The notes below the pieces were generated by a model. That model was not told the origin of the DNA. It did not search any database and was given only the letters and a program-made list of their open reading frames with translations. A stretch of DNA of 64,000 nucleotides from Asterias rubens (Eukaryota), in NCBI RefSeq assembly GCF_902459465.1, contig NW_022985716.1, positions 1 to 64,000 on the forward strand, given 5' to 3'. Both the position numbers and the translations under genes were made by a program. Shown piece by piece: positions 11,401-25,214 of the stretch (position 1 is the first letter of the stretch; every line of letters starts with the position of its first letter).

Positions 11401-14400
11401 GCCTTTATACAATCCTAGCAAGCCAATGGTGGCTTGTGAAGTGGAGTGCCTTTATACAATCCTAGCAAGCCAATGCCGGCTTGTGAAGTGGAGTGCCTTT
11501 ATACAATCCTAGCAAGCCAATGCCGGCTTGTGAAGTGGAGTGCCTTTATACAATCCTAGCAAGCCAATGCCGGCTTGTGAAGTGGAGTGCCTTTATACAA
11601 TCCTAGCAAGCCAATGCCGGCTTGTGAAGTTGAGTGCCTTTATACAATCCTAGCAAGCCAATGCCGGCTTGTGAAGTGGAGTGCCTTTATACAATCCTAG
11701 CAAGCCAATGCCGGCTTGTGAAGTGGAGTGCCTTTATACAATCCTAGCAAGCCAATGCCGGCTTGTGAAGTGGAGTGCCTAATACAATCCTAGCAAGCCA
11801 ATGCCGGCTTGTGAAGTGGAATGCCTTTATACAATCCTAGCAAGCCAATGCCGGCTTGTGAAGTGGAGTGCCTTTATACAATCCTAGCAAGCCAATGCCG
11901 GCTTGTGAAGTGGAGTGCCTTTATACAATCCTAGCAAGCCAATGCCGGCTTGTGAAGTGGAGTGCCTTTATACAATCCTAGCAAGCCAATGCCGGCTTGT
12001 AAAGTGGAGTGCCTTCATAAGAAAAAAAAGAACAAACAAACTTCCATTCTTCTAAATTCTAGTTCTAGTTGTAGGTCATAGGTAGTGTACAATATTCAAT
12101 ATGAATACAGTTTAAATTTTGTTTTCCATTTCAAATCTAGAAGTTACAAAGACGAGGATGCAGTGGTGATAAATTTACAGAGATTTTACAAAAGGTAAGT
12201 CTTTAAAAGTGAACTTTTCCAAAATGTCCACACTACTGGTTTTTATAAATCTTATGGGTAGCTAGCAAGGCTGTCTGTTAAAATGTTTAGTTAGCTCAAC
12301 CAGGGCCCTGGCTTGATACTTCACAGAGGCAATGAAGGCGGCCGCTCCATGCCCCCTGGTCATTGTCTTGGAGCCCCTGATGCTTATCAGGAAAAATTTA
12401 CAATTTCCTCATAGGGTGCCCTTTACCAAGGAGAAAATGCGGAGCTTAGATCTTTCTCTAACATGGTACCTTGTATATAGAAATCACTGCCACTTGACCT
12501 TTTAACACAGAGCAATCCGCTAAAAACAGCTCAAAACTCACCTCTTCCAACGAGCATTTTAAATCCTGGACTGTTGACTTTAAATTTGCGAACCGTCGCC
12601 ATTGAATGGCATTTTTTGTCAGATACTGTGAGCTTTATAAGTGCTGTTAGTTTCTTTCTTACATTGCTGACCTATCTTTGATTGTTCTTGTCCATTGTTG
12701 GTTTGTCTAGGTAACTACTTTCATTGTTAGTAGTTTGTGCATTGAGCGTTCTTGAATACACCTGTCCTTTCAGGAACATTTTTCCTATTTGGAGTCCACC
12801 TTGACATCGAAATAACTATCGACTCGATGCACAAGCTTGCTCAGGGAACCATAACCTTACAAGCTTTGCTTCCTTATGGGTCCCTCCATCCACAGTTTCA
12901 TAAATTTCTATGCTTATTATTCATTAAATTATTCGTATCAAACAACTATTTATCTCTAAACTTCCAATTTACACTGCCTTTGATTTGATTTGATTGTGAT
13001 TTTGATACTGTGGAAATAAACTGATTGATTGATTGATTGATTGTTTATTGTTATTAATACTGTTTTCCTCACTAGGTCAAGTCTGAAGTGGAGAGGAGAC
13101 AGAATCTCGGAGCTCAAAGTCTTATAAGGAGAGACCTTATCTCAGCCAATTACACACCCCTTCATCCACATGTATACAACATCCAGGTACCCCATCAGCT
13201 TTTCACTTGCAAATAGAAATTTTGTTTGTGGGATATTAGATTAATTACAGAGTTTATGTTTACTCAAATCCATAGGGTCAACAAATTCAAAGGCCACCGG
13301 ACCCTTGTACATTCATAGAATGGTTTTTGTCATGGTGATTGGTGATGCTGATTTCTAGGCAAAGTTATCAAGTCACATGTAGAATTTTCAGCTGGATACA
13401 GTGTCAGTACTTGCTGAGGAAACATCATTTGTCTTTATATAAAACTAGAAAAATATTAATAAGCCTGGGCGACTAGTGCAACTAGTCATAGTTGTGACTA
13501 TTGATTACTTAGTCGAGTCGTAACCACCATTTTTGAACTACTCGGTTAACCGTGCCACCACGACTACTACAAAAATATTCCCTAGTAGCTACCAACAACT
13601 ACAAAAATAGTTGTGACCACCTGTTTGGTGAACCAATTGTGTCACTCATGACTATTCACAACAACATAATTTACTTATGAAACACAATCACGACATCAGT
13701 CATGTCAGTGACACAATCCTTTAATCCTTTCAGCAAGAACTTAACTATTGCGCCTGCTAGTTTCAAAGTTGCAACTATTTGAGGCGCGACTAGTTGAATA
13801 GTAAATTTCACTAGTCACCTTGGCCTAAATATTAACAATAATTTTTGAGATTGCTACATAGTACGTTCCAACTGCATTTTGTTGTTTACTTGATGGTTTG
13901 TATTTGTGTTTTCAGAAGAATTATTTTTCACCTGTGTTTCTGTCCATCGTTGATGCCTGCAAAAGTGGAAGAGTAAATGTTGAGAGCCTGATGAATATGC
14001 TACATCAAGAACATGGTATGTCAACAAACTTAAAGGAACATGACAGAATCAAATAAGAACAAACTAAATTTATGCGGTGCAAAACAAGTACATGTATGAA
14101 CTGTTTTTCCCATTGACACAAGAATTCATTCAACACACAGGCAGTCAAGATGCAATAAAACTCTTTGCCAGACGTCACAAAAAAAGGAAATAAGCTGTTA
14201 AAAGTCAAAAATAGTCAGTTGCTGTCATATTTGCTCTTAACCGCTTGGCCACGACACTTGCCTAGAAATCTTCTTGAATGTTTGTGAAACTAACTTAGAT
14301 TGTAATGCTCGGACAAAATGTCAATAATTAATGTACAAAGTAAATTTGTAAATGAGGCTTGTAAAATATCCAGGCCGGGAATTTAATCTTTTAGAGGACA

Positions 14401-16592
14401 AGGCCAATTTCATTTTGAAATAGGTACTTCAATTCGGAAAAACATTATGTCTAAGGGAAACTTTTGAAGAGGCAGCAAGGCCAAGACAAAGGCAACGGAG
14501 GCCATGGCCTGTGATGCCCCTGGTCTCTGATGCCCCTGGTCTCTGATGCCCCTGGTCTCTGATGCCCCTGGTCTCTGATGAACCTGGTCTCTGATGAACC
14601 TGGTCTCTGATGAACCTGGTCTCTGATGAACCTGGTCTCTGATGAACCTGGTCTCTGATGAACCTGGTCTCTGATGAACCTGGTCTCTGATGAACCTGGT
14701 CTCTGATGAACCTGGTCTCTGATGAACCTGGTCTCTGATGAACCTGGTCTCTGATGAACCTGGTCTCTGAGGAACCTGGTCTCTGAGGAACCTGGTCTCT
14801 GAGGAACCTGGTCTTGGCCTTGGTGCCCTTCAAAATTGTCCCACAGATTTTCAGATTTTACAGTTGAGGTGCCCTTTGCAAAAAGAAAATGGCCTTGCCC
14901 TCTCAAAGACGAAACTCCAGGCCTGGAAATCTGACTGTTGTTTCTCTTTGCAAATAGCGGAACAGGTGTTTTCCTTTCCACTCTTCACTCAGCAGTTCTG
15001 CCAAGATTTTATTGAGGAAATTTGTCATTTTGAGAGCACAGACTTGCCCAAGGGAAGACCAAACACGATGAACAATTACGGGGTGAGTTTTCCTATTTTT
15101 GAGATAATATGAATTATTGTGGGTTATTATTGTGGCGGCTTAAGAGTTCCAAGTTATTATAGGCTCCCTGCATTTACCCATGCATGGAAGCGTACGCGTG
15201 TACGTGCCGCGCACAACACTCAGCCAATCATAGGTCTTCAAGAATTTTAAACTGTTATTCCATTGGGTGAAACAATTTCATTAATTCATTCATGCATTTA
15301 TTCATGCAATTTATGCATATTTTTAAATTGTTATCCTAGGTGTTGTTGGATGATCTAGGCTTCGGTGATCAGTTTGTTACCCCGCTAATCCAAGAGTACC
15401 TTACGCCCATTACAAAACTCCTGTACCCAGACTGTGGAGGTGCATCATTAGACTCGCATAAAGCCTTTGTCGTCAAGTACAAGCTTGGTGAGGACTTGTC
15501 TCTGGCCTATCACTATGACAACGCAGAGGTCACTTTGAATGTGTCACTTGGGAAGGAGTTCAGTGACGGGTCATTGTACTTCGGAGACATGAGATGGGTA
15601 GGAAGTATTACAGTAGGAACCTACCCCCAAAACTGCTAATGCATGTTAAATCATAAGCAGGTCCACCTGTCACAGTATGTTAAATAGTAAACAGGGCTTG
15701 AATGTTACACTGGACCGAGAAAGAAGAAAACAAAAAAATACTTGCGGCTAGGATCTATGAACGGGGGGGGGGGGTATTGGATGTCAATGTGTTTAATTTC
15801 TACTGGGGCTTCGAAGTTAATGGTGACTATATAGGTGGAAGACTCACCCCAAGCTAAATCTGTTGGTAATGGTGTTACCCCGCTACGTTCCATAAGGGAT
15901 CTTAATAAAATTTATTGTACCGTTTACGAGTAGACATTATTTTGTTACCATGGTACAGTCGCTGACTGGGCGGTAGCTCAGTGTAAAGTTTAGCTATAAG
16001 CACAGCTGCCGTCTTGTGGAATTTTTATCACGTTTATCCTAAATTCAAGCCATTGGCCAAATTTTATAGAGCTGCTTAAGCACAAAAACTAGCTAAGCAC
16101 AATTAAATTATACTTACTAGAAAAAGGTTATCAGTTAAAACACCATTTCACATGTAGGATCTGTGACTGGTGTCCTGCTTATGCTGCTTAGCTTAATCTT
16201 TTTCAGTAAAATTTTCTGCTTTTAAAGCAGCTCTATGAAATTGGGCCCAGAGTTCTAGCTCAAGGTAATGTCTGTAATACTCTTCTCTATTACTGTAATT
16301 AATTTGCTTTTTTTTGTAGGTGCCCCCTCAAGAGACCGCATGTACAGAATCCACACACAAGCCGACCTTTGCCCTTCTACACAGAGGTCAACATAAACAT
16401 GGTGCCCTCCCTATCCGCAGTGGTGAACGGTATAATTTGATTATCTGGATGCGTTCTTCAGTTGTCAGGAATCGGTGCTGTCCGATGTGTGATGAGGCCC
16501 CTCAGTTAATGGAGACAGTTGGTTATGGTGATGGTTTAACTGTGGATCACACCCGGGAGGATGAAATGGTCAATGTGTGTGCTGCATTGTGA
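8449..16592 (+). CDS. OGFOD2: 2-oxoglutarate and Fe(II)-dependent oxygenase domain-containing protein 2, 7 coding exons, 349 aa
   Basis: Exons 8449-8577 (MSKVTMKKYYCCKCFLTDNIYISEYDIHV..), 12141-12194, 13076-13186, 13916-14015, 14958-15082 (FCQDFIEEICHFESTDLPKGRPNTMNNYG), 15340-15597 (LYPDCGGASLDSHKAFVVKY..HYDNAEVTLNV) and 16320-16592 (HRGQHKHGALPIRSGERYNL..RNRCCPMC). All introns are GT-AG with compatible phases. The HxD..H..R catalytic residues are intact and the protein is collinear with vertebrate OGFOD2 as recalled. Confidence 0.95.
9203..9330. mobile_element. Small MITE (TTTCCGTATGGCGCCACCACTTTTT TIR)
   Basis: Inverted termini; further copies at about 24663-24805 and, interrupted, 27240-28270. 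Confidence 0.75.
11211..12016. repeat. 47-bp minisatellite, about 17 copies, OGFOD2 intron 1
   Basis: Unit GTGCCTTTATACAATCCTAGCAAGCCAATGCCGGCTTGTGAAGTGGA, nearly homogeneous. Confidence 0.97.
13460..13827. mobile_element. hAT-type MITE with 8-bp TSD
   Basis: Termini TAAGCCTGGGCGACTAG / CTAGTCACCTTGGCCTA flanked by AATATTAA on both sides (13452-13459 and 13828-13835). A related degenerate copy lies at about 21135-21405. Confidence 0.8.
14371..14925. mobile_element. CAGG-ended TIR element containing a 16-bp minisatellite (CCTGGTCTCTGATGAA)n at about 14513-14812
   Basis: CAGGCCGGGAATTT...AAACTCCAGGCCTG termini; fragments of the same family at about 12300, 16920, 18380 and 19520. Confidence 0.7.
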
Positions 16593-18516
16593 TGTTGGGA
16601 TGCTTAGGGATAAGATTGTTCAAACTTTTGGCTGAATTCAGACTTTTATGTCGGCCTGGTGAAGAAATTCAGACAATATTTTTTCCCACAAATAAAGAAA
16701 TCCTGCTCATTGGTCTACTTCTCAAGTGCTTTGGATACTGTTTCCAAAAGCTCCTTGGAATCTATAGCCCCAGGGGTTACCAAACAGTAGAAATGGCATC
16801 ATTTCAACATACCTTTGAATTTGTATCAAAGTTTCAGACTTTTTCAATGGTAATGACTCTCACCCCATGCTATAAATTGTGATAAGAAACAGTTCTGTTT
16901 TCAACGGCAGCAGATGAAGTGCTCTTTGCAAAATGAAAGTGGTCTTGCCCTTTAAAAGGTAAAATTCCAGGCCTGAATGCTACCTTGTTGCTTTGTTGTG
17001 TTGGAAAACAAATTTTTCTATAAATTGATGTAAAATTTGTAAATTGCAATTAAATTATATATTTTAGGATTGATCCATGAAATAATCAAAACAAACACAG
17101 CTCTTGCCTGTATTGGATGCTGACATTGTCAGATTTTTATTTTATTTTATTAAGAATAAAATAACTTACAAGATGTTGCTATTATATGTAGACTCTTTGT
17201 GTAAATGTCTTTTGGGAACAGCCCTTTGTATATTACTTATACTATTATATTATTAATATGTATGAAAAAGTTTGAGTGTAACCAAAAATGAATGAAAACA
17301 TAACTCGATGTGTTCAGGCAAAGTCGGACAATCCGTGTCAAGAAAATATCAAACTTTTTAACAATTCATAAACTCGTGTTTAAATAAAGAAGCATGCTTT
17401 AGAACAATTATAGTTTTTGTTAACCCTTACACTGTTGTACAATGGTGCTTTGTGTGTCCTACAGAAACATCACACCCACTGACTGTGGCTGATTTCGTTT
17501 AGCTTCCCTTGGTCGACCCCAGTCTGCCCCCGGTACGTTCGAATAGCTTTGACGGGGCTCACCCGGGTCAAACCCCAGTGCCCTGATGTGGAGTGGGTCA
17601 CTTGGGGTGACCTGAGGTGTATGACATTACCATGAGAGGGCGAGTGTAATTGTTCGATTAGCTCTTGTCAGGGGCTCAACCGAGTGAGCACCGCTGGGGT
17701 CGACCCAGGGAAGCTAATCGAATGCACCCAAGACAAATTGTCAGTACTACCATGGTGATTTGTATTGTGACACATTTACTTGCCAACTGCCATCGATTTT
17801 GAGTAAAGATCAATTTTAGCTCTTTGTGAAATTAGCTCCCGGCCTGATATAGGCACTATCCACCCCCCCCCCTGCATTCTAGGCACTGTCCACCCCCCTG
17901 CATTCTAACGCAGATGTCTTAACGGCGTGTGCCCGGTGATGAATAGGCACGTAGCAGCCAGTACCGCAAACAATTAAAGAATAGTCTGGAAGATTCCTTA
18001 CTAATGAAAGGATTCAGAACTCGGATCTGACAACTCCTTGTACGCTGCCTTGTATAGAACATCTTACTATGTGTAAATATATGAGTTTGATGCAAAACAC
18101 TACACCAATCCATGGCTGTAGTAGCCTTTCGCAACAGGAGTTGATGCACTTCATCATAATAAATACTTTAACTGACGAAATGCCACATCCATCCTACACC
18201 TTGGGCTAGTCGCAAATAATAAAAAATCTAGATTGTTGTAAGAGACATTTTATCACTAATGTAACTAACACAATGCCACATCATTCCTGTGCCCTGGGCT
18301 ACAAGTCGCAAATAATAAAAGCTCTTGACCAATAACACTGCATTCTCAGTGTGCTTTGTTTATGCTTTGTTTTTGAAAGGGCAAGGGCACCAAGGCATTT
18401 TCTCCTTAGCAAAGGGCACCCTATGAGGAAATTGTAAATTTCTACTGGAGCATTTCCCGGGCACGAAGGCATTGACCCAGGGGGCATATGAAGTATCTGG
18501 CCTGTCATAGGAGGAT

Positions 18517-21500
18517 TCATGTTTCTTTTCTCTTGGCGTAATGATGGCGTAGATGATGCCAGATTCCACGACACATGTTAACCAGACGACTGTCTGAACA
18601 TTGCAGTCTAGAAGTAGCAAATTTAAACTGCTGCCTGTTTGGAGGTCGGAAAAGAGCAAGTAATTAGCAACATTTTAAAACTTAAAAACTTGGTGTTACA
18701 GAAAACTTTTTGAAAGTTTTTGGGGTTCTTTTTTTCAAGTTCAAAAAAGATGTTAATGTATACAGTGACAGTAATGCCAGCCTCTTTTACAACTTTTGAC
18801 TTTGTTTCCAGTTTTTTTGGTAATTATAAATTCTCATTAACTTTGACAAATTTCCATAGCAAAAAAACACATTTGTATATCACTAGGTGTATCCCAACAT
18901 ATGCATCAAATACAAACCTGTGATAATTTTGGCTCATGCTGAATCAAAACAAGGTCTTTGGAATGTTTTCTACTTGGTGTTTATCTTGGTTTTAAAATCA
19001 CTACTGTGCTATCTGGAGCATTCTTTAAATTTGTTTTTGTGGGGAAAAAACACCAAAAAAAACCCACACAATTAAACCCCAATTTTTTATTTTAGACATA
19101 CTGGCTAAAATGTGCGTGAATCGGCATGCGAACTGCATACATGTACATTGGCCCAATGCGCAAGCTTGTAGGAGAACCCCAACGAAATGACTGACACTGG
19201 TCATGGATATTGGCTATTCACATTAAATGTTTTTGCATGCGTTTTTAAACATAAGCTACATGTACCTGACAAGTTGTTTAGCTCTGAACAGTTTGCCTCT
19301 TTGCATCAGACTCAGTGCAATGTATAGGAGACATCGAGCCTTTAGTATTGGGTCTTCCATTCGTTCAGCGAGGTACAATTGACGAAGTGCTACTCGACCA
19401 GCTTCTAGGGCCTGTAAAACACACACACACAGGAGACGAAAGAAGAAAGTTTCAAACGAGAGAAACTGATAGCTTCTGGTATTTTTTCTTGCTCTTCAAA
19501 CTTGCCTGGAATTACACCGAGACCATGACCTCTGTTGCCCCTATCTTGGCCTTGGTGCTCCTTCAAAAGTTTCCTCTTGACTTTACAGTTTTCCAGTGCG
19601 AGTGCCCTTTTTCTTATAGAATAGCAAAATTCCAAAGAAATTAACATTATTACCCCTGGTCACCTGGCCTTTTATTTCATTCCTTTTAAAAACCATCTCA
19701 GCTACCTGGTAAGTATACAGCATGTGCTATTAAAATGTGCTATATGAACATGACAATTCAATCACAGGCTGACGTACATGTACATCCACTTAGTCCTGGG
19801 TGAAGAGAAGCAGTTATGTTTTAGTGTCTTGCTCGAGGACACAAGTGTCATGGCTAGGATTCAAACCTACACCCAGATTACTTGGCCACCGGAACTTGAG
19901 TCTGACACATTCAATATATGGTGTCTCGTGACTGAGCGATTAAGAGCATTGGTGTTTCAAAAGCTCTAGTGTTTCTTATCAGCAGAGTGTGGAGTTCAAG
20001 TCCCAATCTCGACACTTGTGTCCTTACCCAAGATACGTACGCATTATTGCCTCATTCTTCAGATGGGATATATAAACAACCCAGTTGCACTTATCGCTAG
20101 ACTAGAGAAGGGGTTTGTCTAAGTGTTTCTGGCAGTAGTTGCTGAATGCGACGCAGCACCAAGTCGACCCTTATCAGATGTTGCATGAATTGGTCTCAAA
20201 ATGGAAAAACCTGACTTACAATGTTTCTCAAAGTTTAAGCACCTTGGTTATCTTATTGGTAGACGAGTGCTACAATCATATTTGCTTTGTCATGACGCAC
20301 CACACCCATAACCCAAAATAATAATAATTGTTTTTTTATATAGTGCTTTATACACCCAAAGGGCGTCTAAAGACCTTTCAACATTATTACCCCTGGTCAC
20401 TGGGCCATTTAATTCATTTCTTAAACAATCTCAGCTCTCTGGGGAGCATACAGCCTGTGCAGCAAATATGCGCTACTAATCTATTAAGCTAAATCAATCT
20501 CATGAACCATCTCTGCCCTTACAGGTATGCATTTCCCCTTTGGAGAGAAGCAATCATAGTTTAGTGTCTTGCTAAGAGACAAACGTCACGACTGGGACTC
20601 GAACCCACACTCTGCTGAACAAAAACACTAGAGCTCGAGTTCGGTGCTCTTATTCGCTCAGCCAGGACACCCCACCATTACCCACAACACTTAAGTAACT
20701 TACACAGTTGTACATATTATCACCAAGAGACGAGTATGCCCCACCCAACGTAGACAGCCAGGAAAAGGACTCCTCCATCTGAAGTCGTTGCATCCACTGT
20801 GGTAGCATTCGATGACTCCTGTAGAAAGGATCGTTACGACATGATCAGCTTTGGTTAAACACAGAATCAATGACTGATTATACAATATAATTGAAAACAA
20901 AAACTTCCATCTGAAAACTCACTGGCTATAAAATTCACACAGTACTATGAAGTCTCATACTTCATAACGATGCTCCACATTGAACTTACAGGAAAAATGA
21001 CTAAGTGCTTCCATTCACCCCTAGGGGTGTGATAAAGCACTATAAGACCCCATGTGCAAACTAAACCCTTCACACATGGAATTTAATTTGTCTAGAATTG
21101 AAAAGTATGCTACCCCATGAAGGTTGGGGTAAATGAGGTCGCGACTACTGTTTGCTAAGTCGAGTCATGACTACCGTTTTTTAACTAAACGATTAATCGT
21201 GCGACCACGACTACTACAAAAAAAGTCGAGACTACTGTACTTGACGCGACACAAACCTTCAATCCTTTCAGTGTGAGATTTACTATTTTGCCTGTGGTAA
21301 ACATTCCTCCGCAATGCATCTTTAATAGAAATAAATAAATTAGTCACCACTAGTGTCAAAGTCGTGACTATTTGAGCAGTAAGTTTTACTAGTCGCCCAG
21401 ACTTACTTCTTACCATCTGATATCTGGATCAATTTTGAAGTAACGAGCTGTTTTGTGAAGCTTCAAGCACAGAAATATTGTACAACACTCATCACCACGG

Positions 21501-21946
21501 ACAGCACCACAAACTTCTACTTCTTTGGGATTCTCAAAATGTTGACAAACTTTCCTCCCTGACCGTTCACTCCATGGCAATTTCTTCATAACAAAAAGTC
21601 TGAATTTCAAGACAAAGTTGCTTGATCTTTGTATTTCTGTTACTAAACATGAAGCTAACATTGGATCCATTGATAAAGTACATCGTACTGTTTTGCCTTT
21701 TCTCACTGTGGCCGTTTGGTTTGATCCAACATTGCACTGGGATATTAACATTGTTTCTAAATATGTGTTTGGGTCGACTAACTCTTCAGGGGAATTATGA
21801 GTTCCAGTCTGTGTTGATTCATGTATTGAGAGGTCATCATTTGATAGCATTCCATCAGGTGCCATTTTGAATCTGCCGATGTTGATTTTCTGCGCATCGA
21901 CTACAGTAATAACGAAGCTCATGTCTTGAAGTTGTGAACCAGACAT
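18517..21946 (-). CDS. DUF4807-family protein (STLGG motif; nematode F58A4.6-like), 4 coding exons, 303 aa
   Basis: Exons 21946-21414, 20818-20704 (WLSTLGGAYSSLGD), 19411-19266 (ALRQLYLAERMEDPILKARCLLYIALSLMQRG) and 18634-18517 (QQFKFA..DSRLVNMCRGIW..stop). Introns are GT-AG, phases match, and the total is 912 nt. The family assignment rests on the recalled STLGG signature. An acceptor lies at 21964-21965 just upstream of the ATG. Confidence 0.85.
19640..20670. mobile_element. Cluster of tRNA-derived SINE copies (both orientations)
   Basis: Heads of the type GAGCG.TTAAGAGCA...CAGCAGAGTGTGGGTTCGAGTCCC..GACACTTGTGTCCTT. Similar copies at about 40340-40890 (interrupted), 41820-41940, 43070-43220 and 55820-55980. 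Confidence 0.65.
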
Positions 21947-22510
21947 TCTGGATGAATAAGAACCTGCAATTGAAAAAGCAAATTATAACAATTATAGGCT
22001 AAATAGTAAGAACAGGCATTTATAGAGCACTTTTACACTACCATAGCAAATGAAGCCAACAAATAGAGGCATTTTATTGGAAAAACCAATCAGTTTTCCA
22101 AAGATTTCTTAAACATTTCCAGTGACTTTGCAGTGGATTTGATGAGGGAGAGGGTTCCACAAAGGCGTGTGGCATGTCATGTGTCTATGTCTGAGTTACC
22201 TTGCACGCACAATCTTCAAGATGGGTCGCGCAAACTTCAAGCATTTTTGGAGTGAATTTACATGTGGCAAATTTGCGGGTGCGGATGAAGTTTGCGCGCT
22301 ACATTTCGTCAAGGTCAACATGAACTGGAGCTTGACATGAACTGGGCCCAATGTTGTGGCTCTGCTTACCAATCGGCGCTTGCGAAGGCAGGGAATCTCT
22401 GCTTACCAATCGGCTTTACACAGCTAATGCAGAAATTCACAGAGAATGGTGATCAAATTAGCGCATAATTTGGCGGTAAGCAGAGCCATGAAATTGGGCC
22501 CAGCATAAAA

Positions 22511-24530
22511 TGAACTGACCCTGATACCCTCATAATAGTAACATAATAGCGTGCTGCGTTGCTTGAACTGACCCTGATACCCCCATAATAGTAACATAAT
22601 AGCGTGCTGCGTTGCTTGGACTGACCCTGATACCCCCATAATAGTAACATAATAGCGTGCTGCGTTGCTTGAACTGACCCTGATACCCCCATAATAGTAA
22701 CATAATAGCGTGCTGCGTTGCTTGGACTGACCCTGATACCCCCATAATAGTAACATAATAGCGTGCTGCGTTGCTTGGACTGACCCTGATACCCCCATAA
22801 TAGTAACATAATAGCGTGCTGCGTTGCTTGGACTGACCCTGATACCCCCATAATAGTAACATAATAGCGTGCTGCGTTGCTTGGACTGACCCTGATACCC
22901 CCATAATAGTAACATAATAGCGTGCTACGTTGCTTGGACTGACCCTGATACCCCCATAATAGTAACATAATAGCGTGCTGCGTTGCTTGAACTGAACCTG
23001 ATACCCCCATAATAGTAACATAATAGCGTGCTGCGTTGCTTGGACTGACCCTGATACCCCCATAATAGTAACATAATAGCGTGCTGCGTTGCTTGGACTG
23101 ACCCTGATACCCCAATAATAGTAACATAATAGCGTGCTGCGTTGCTTGAACTGACCCTGATACCCCCATAATAGTAACATAATAGCGTGCTGCGTTGCTT
23201 GGACTGACCCTGATACCCCCATAATAGTAACATAATAGCGTGCTGCGTTGCTTGGACTGACCCCGATACCCCCATAATAGTAACATAATAGCGTGCTGCG
23301 TTGCTTGGACTGACCCTGATACCCCCATAATAGTAACATAATAGCGTGCTGCGTTGCTTGGACTGACCCTGATACCCCCATAATAGTAACATAATAGCAT
23401 GCTGCGTTGCTTGGACTGACCCTGATACCCCCATAATAGTAACATAATAGCGTGCTGCGTTGCTTGAACTGAACCTGATACCCCCATAATAGTAACATAA
23501 TAGCGTGCTGCGTTGCTTGGACTGACCCTGATACCCCCATAATAGTAACATAATAGCGTGCTGCGTTGCTTGGACTGACCCTGATACCCCCATAATAGTA
23601 ACATAATAGCGTGCTGCGTTGCTTGGACTGACCCTGATACCCCCATAATAGTAACATAATAGCGTGCTGCGTTGCTTGGACTGACCCTGATACCCCCATA
23701 ATAGTAACATAATAGCGTGCTGCGTTGCTTGGACTGACCCTGATACCCCCATAATAGTAACATAATAGCGTGCTGCGTTGCTTGGACTGACCCTGATACC
23801 CCCATAATAGTAACATAATAGCGTGCTGCGTTGCTTGGACTGACCCTGATACCCCCATAATAGTAACATAATAGCGTGCTGCGTTGCTTGGACTGACCCT
23901 GATACCCCCATAATAGTAACATAATAGCGTGCTGCGTTGCTTGGACTGACCCTGATACCCCCATAATAGTAACATAATAGCGTGCTGCGTTGCTTGGACT
24001 GACCCTGATACCCCCATAATAGTAACATAATAGCGTGCTGCGTTGCTTGGACTGACCCTGATACCCCCATAATAGTAACATAATAGCGTGCTGCGTTGCT
24101 TGGACTGACCCTGATACCCCCATAATAGTAACATAATAGCGTGCTGCGTTGCTTGGACTGACCCTGATACCCCCATAATAGTAACATAATAGCGTGCTGC
24201 GTTGCTTGAACTGACCCTGATACCCCCATAATAGTAACATAATAGCGTGCTGCGTTGCTTGGACTGACCCTGATACCCCCATAATAGTAACATAATAGCG
24301 TGCTGCGTTGCTTGGACTGACCCTGATACCCCCATAATAGTAACATAATAGCGTGCTGCGTTGCTTGGACTGACCCTGATACCCCCATAATAGTAACATA
24401 ATAGCGTGCTGCGTTGCTTGGACTGACCCTGATACCCCCATAATAGTAACATAATAGCGTGCTGCGTTGCTTGGACTGACCCTGATACCCCCCATAATAG
24501 TAACATAATAGCGTGCTGCGTTGCTTGGAC
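22511..24530. repeat. 53-bp minisatellite, about 38 copies, DUF4807 gene intron 1
   Basis: Unit GACTGACCCTGATACCCCCATAATAGTAACATAATAGCGTGCTGCGTTGCTTG, very homogeneous. Confidence 0.97.
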
Positions 24531-25214
24531 TTCGACTTTGGTTGACTGTAACTTGTAAGTTTCGGTCTTATTATATATATATTTAAAATTACACTTTAAT
24601 AAGAATTAGAAAAATACCCTTTTTTAACTTTTAAATTTAATAATCAACACAAGATTCTGGATAACTTTCCGTGTGGCGCCACCACTTTTATTCACAAATT
24701 TTTACAAAAAGGGATATCTCATTGAGGTTAATTATTAGCTTAGATACTTATATTTATTTCATATCGAATAAAAAAGTGGTGGCGCCATATTTATACGGAA
24801 ACTTTTCCAAGATTTTTTTTAAAAAAGTATGATGTGGAATATTTAGCCCCACTTGTGTGGCCAAGGATAGCTGAACTATCCTTGGCCACACAAGTGGAGC
24901 CATGGAATATAAAGATGCAGTGCAGTAATGACTTTTGATTCGTCGTTCGACACTCATTTTGGCATGCAGCAAAAAAAAAAAACGATCAAAAATTTTTTTT
25001 GACAGCATCAAATTTGCGCAAGGCCTGTAATTTGCGTGAAATATCTGGTGCACAGGCTTGAACCTGCGCGCACAATAAATCGGGCCATCAAGGTTGCGCG
25101 TTCAGAGCGGAGGCTGAAGTTTGCGCCCAACAGTACGACCGATTATAAATAACGACAAATTTCGAAGGAAAAAAACGCCCCGTAATTTGGTCTAAACACT
25201 TGTGTTGTACTTAC

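Noticed and set aside
14513-14812. Tandem CTGATGA as hammerhead cores or C/D-box snoRNA signals; ORFs 14429-14981
   Set aside because: No stem II or GAAA partner; simple 16-bp satellite inside a TIR element.
22424-24506. 487-680-aa ORFs as protein-coding genes
   Set aside because: They are translations of a 53-bp tandem repeat inside an intron; all three frames give the same periodic peptide.
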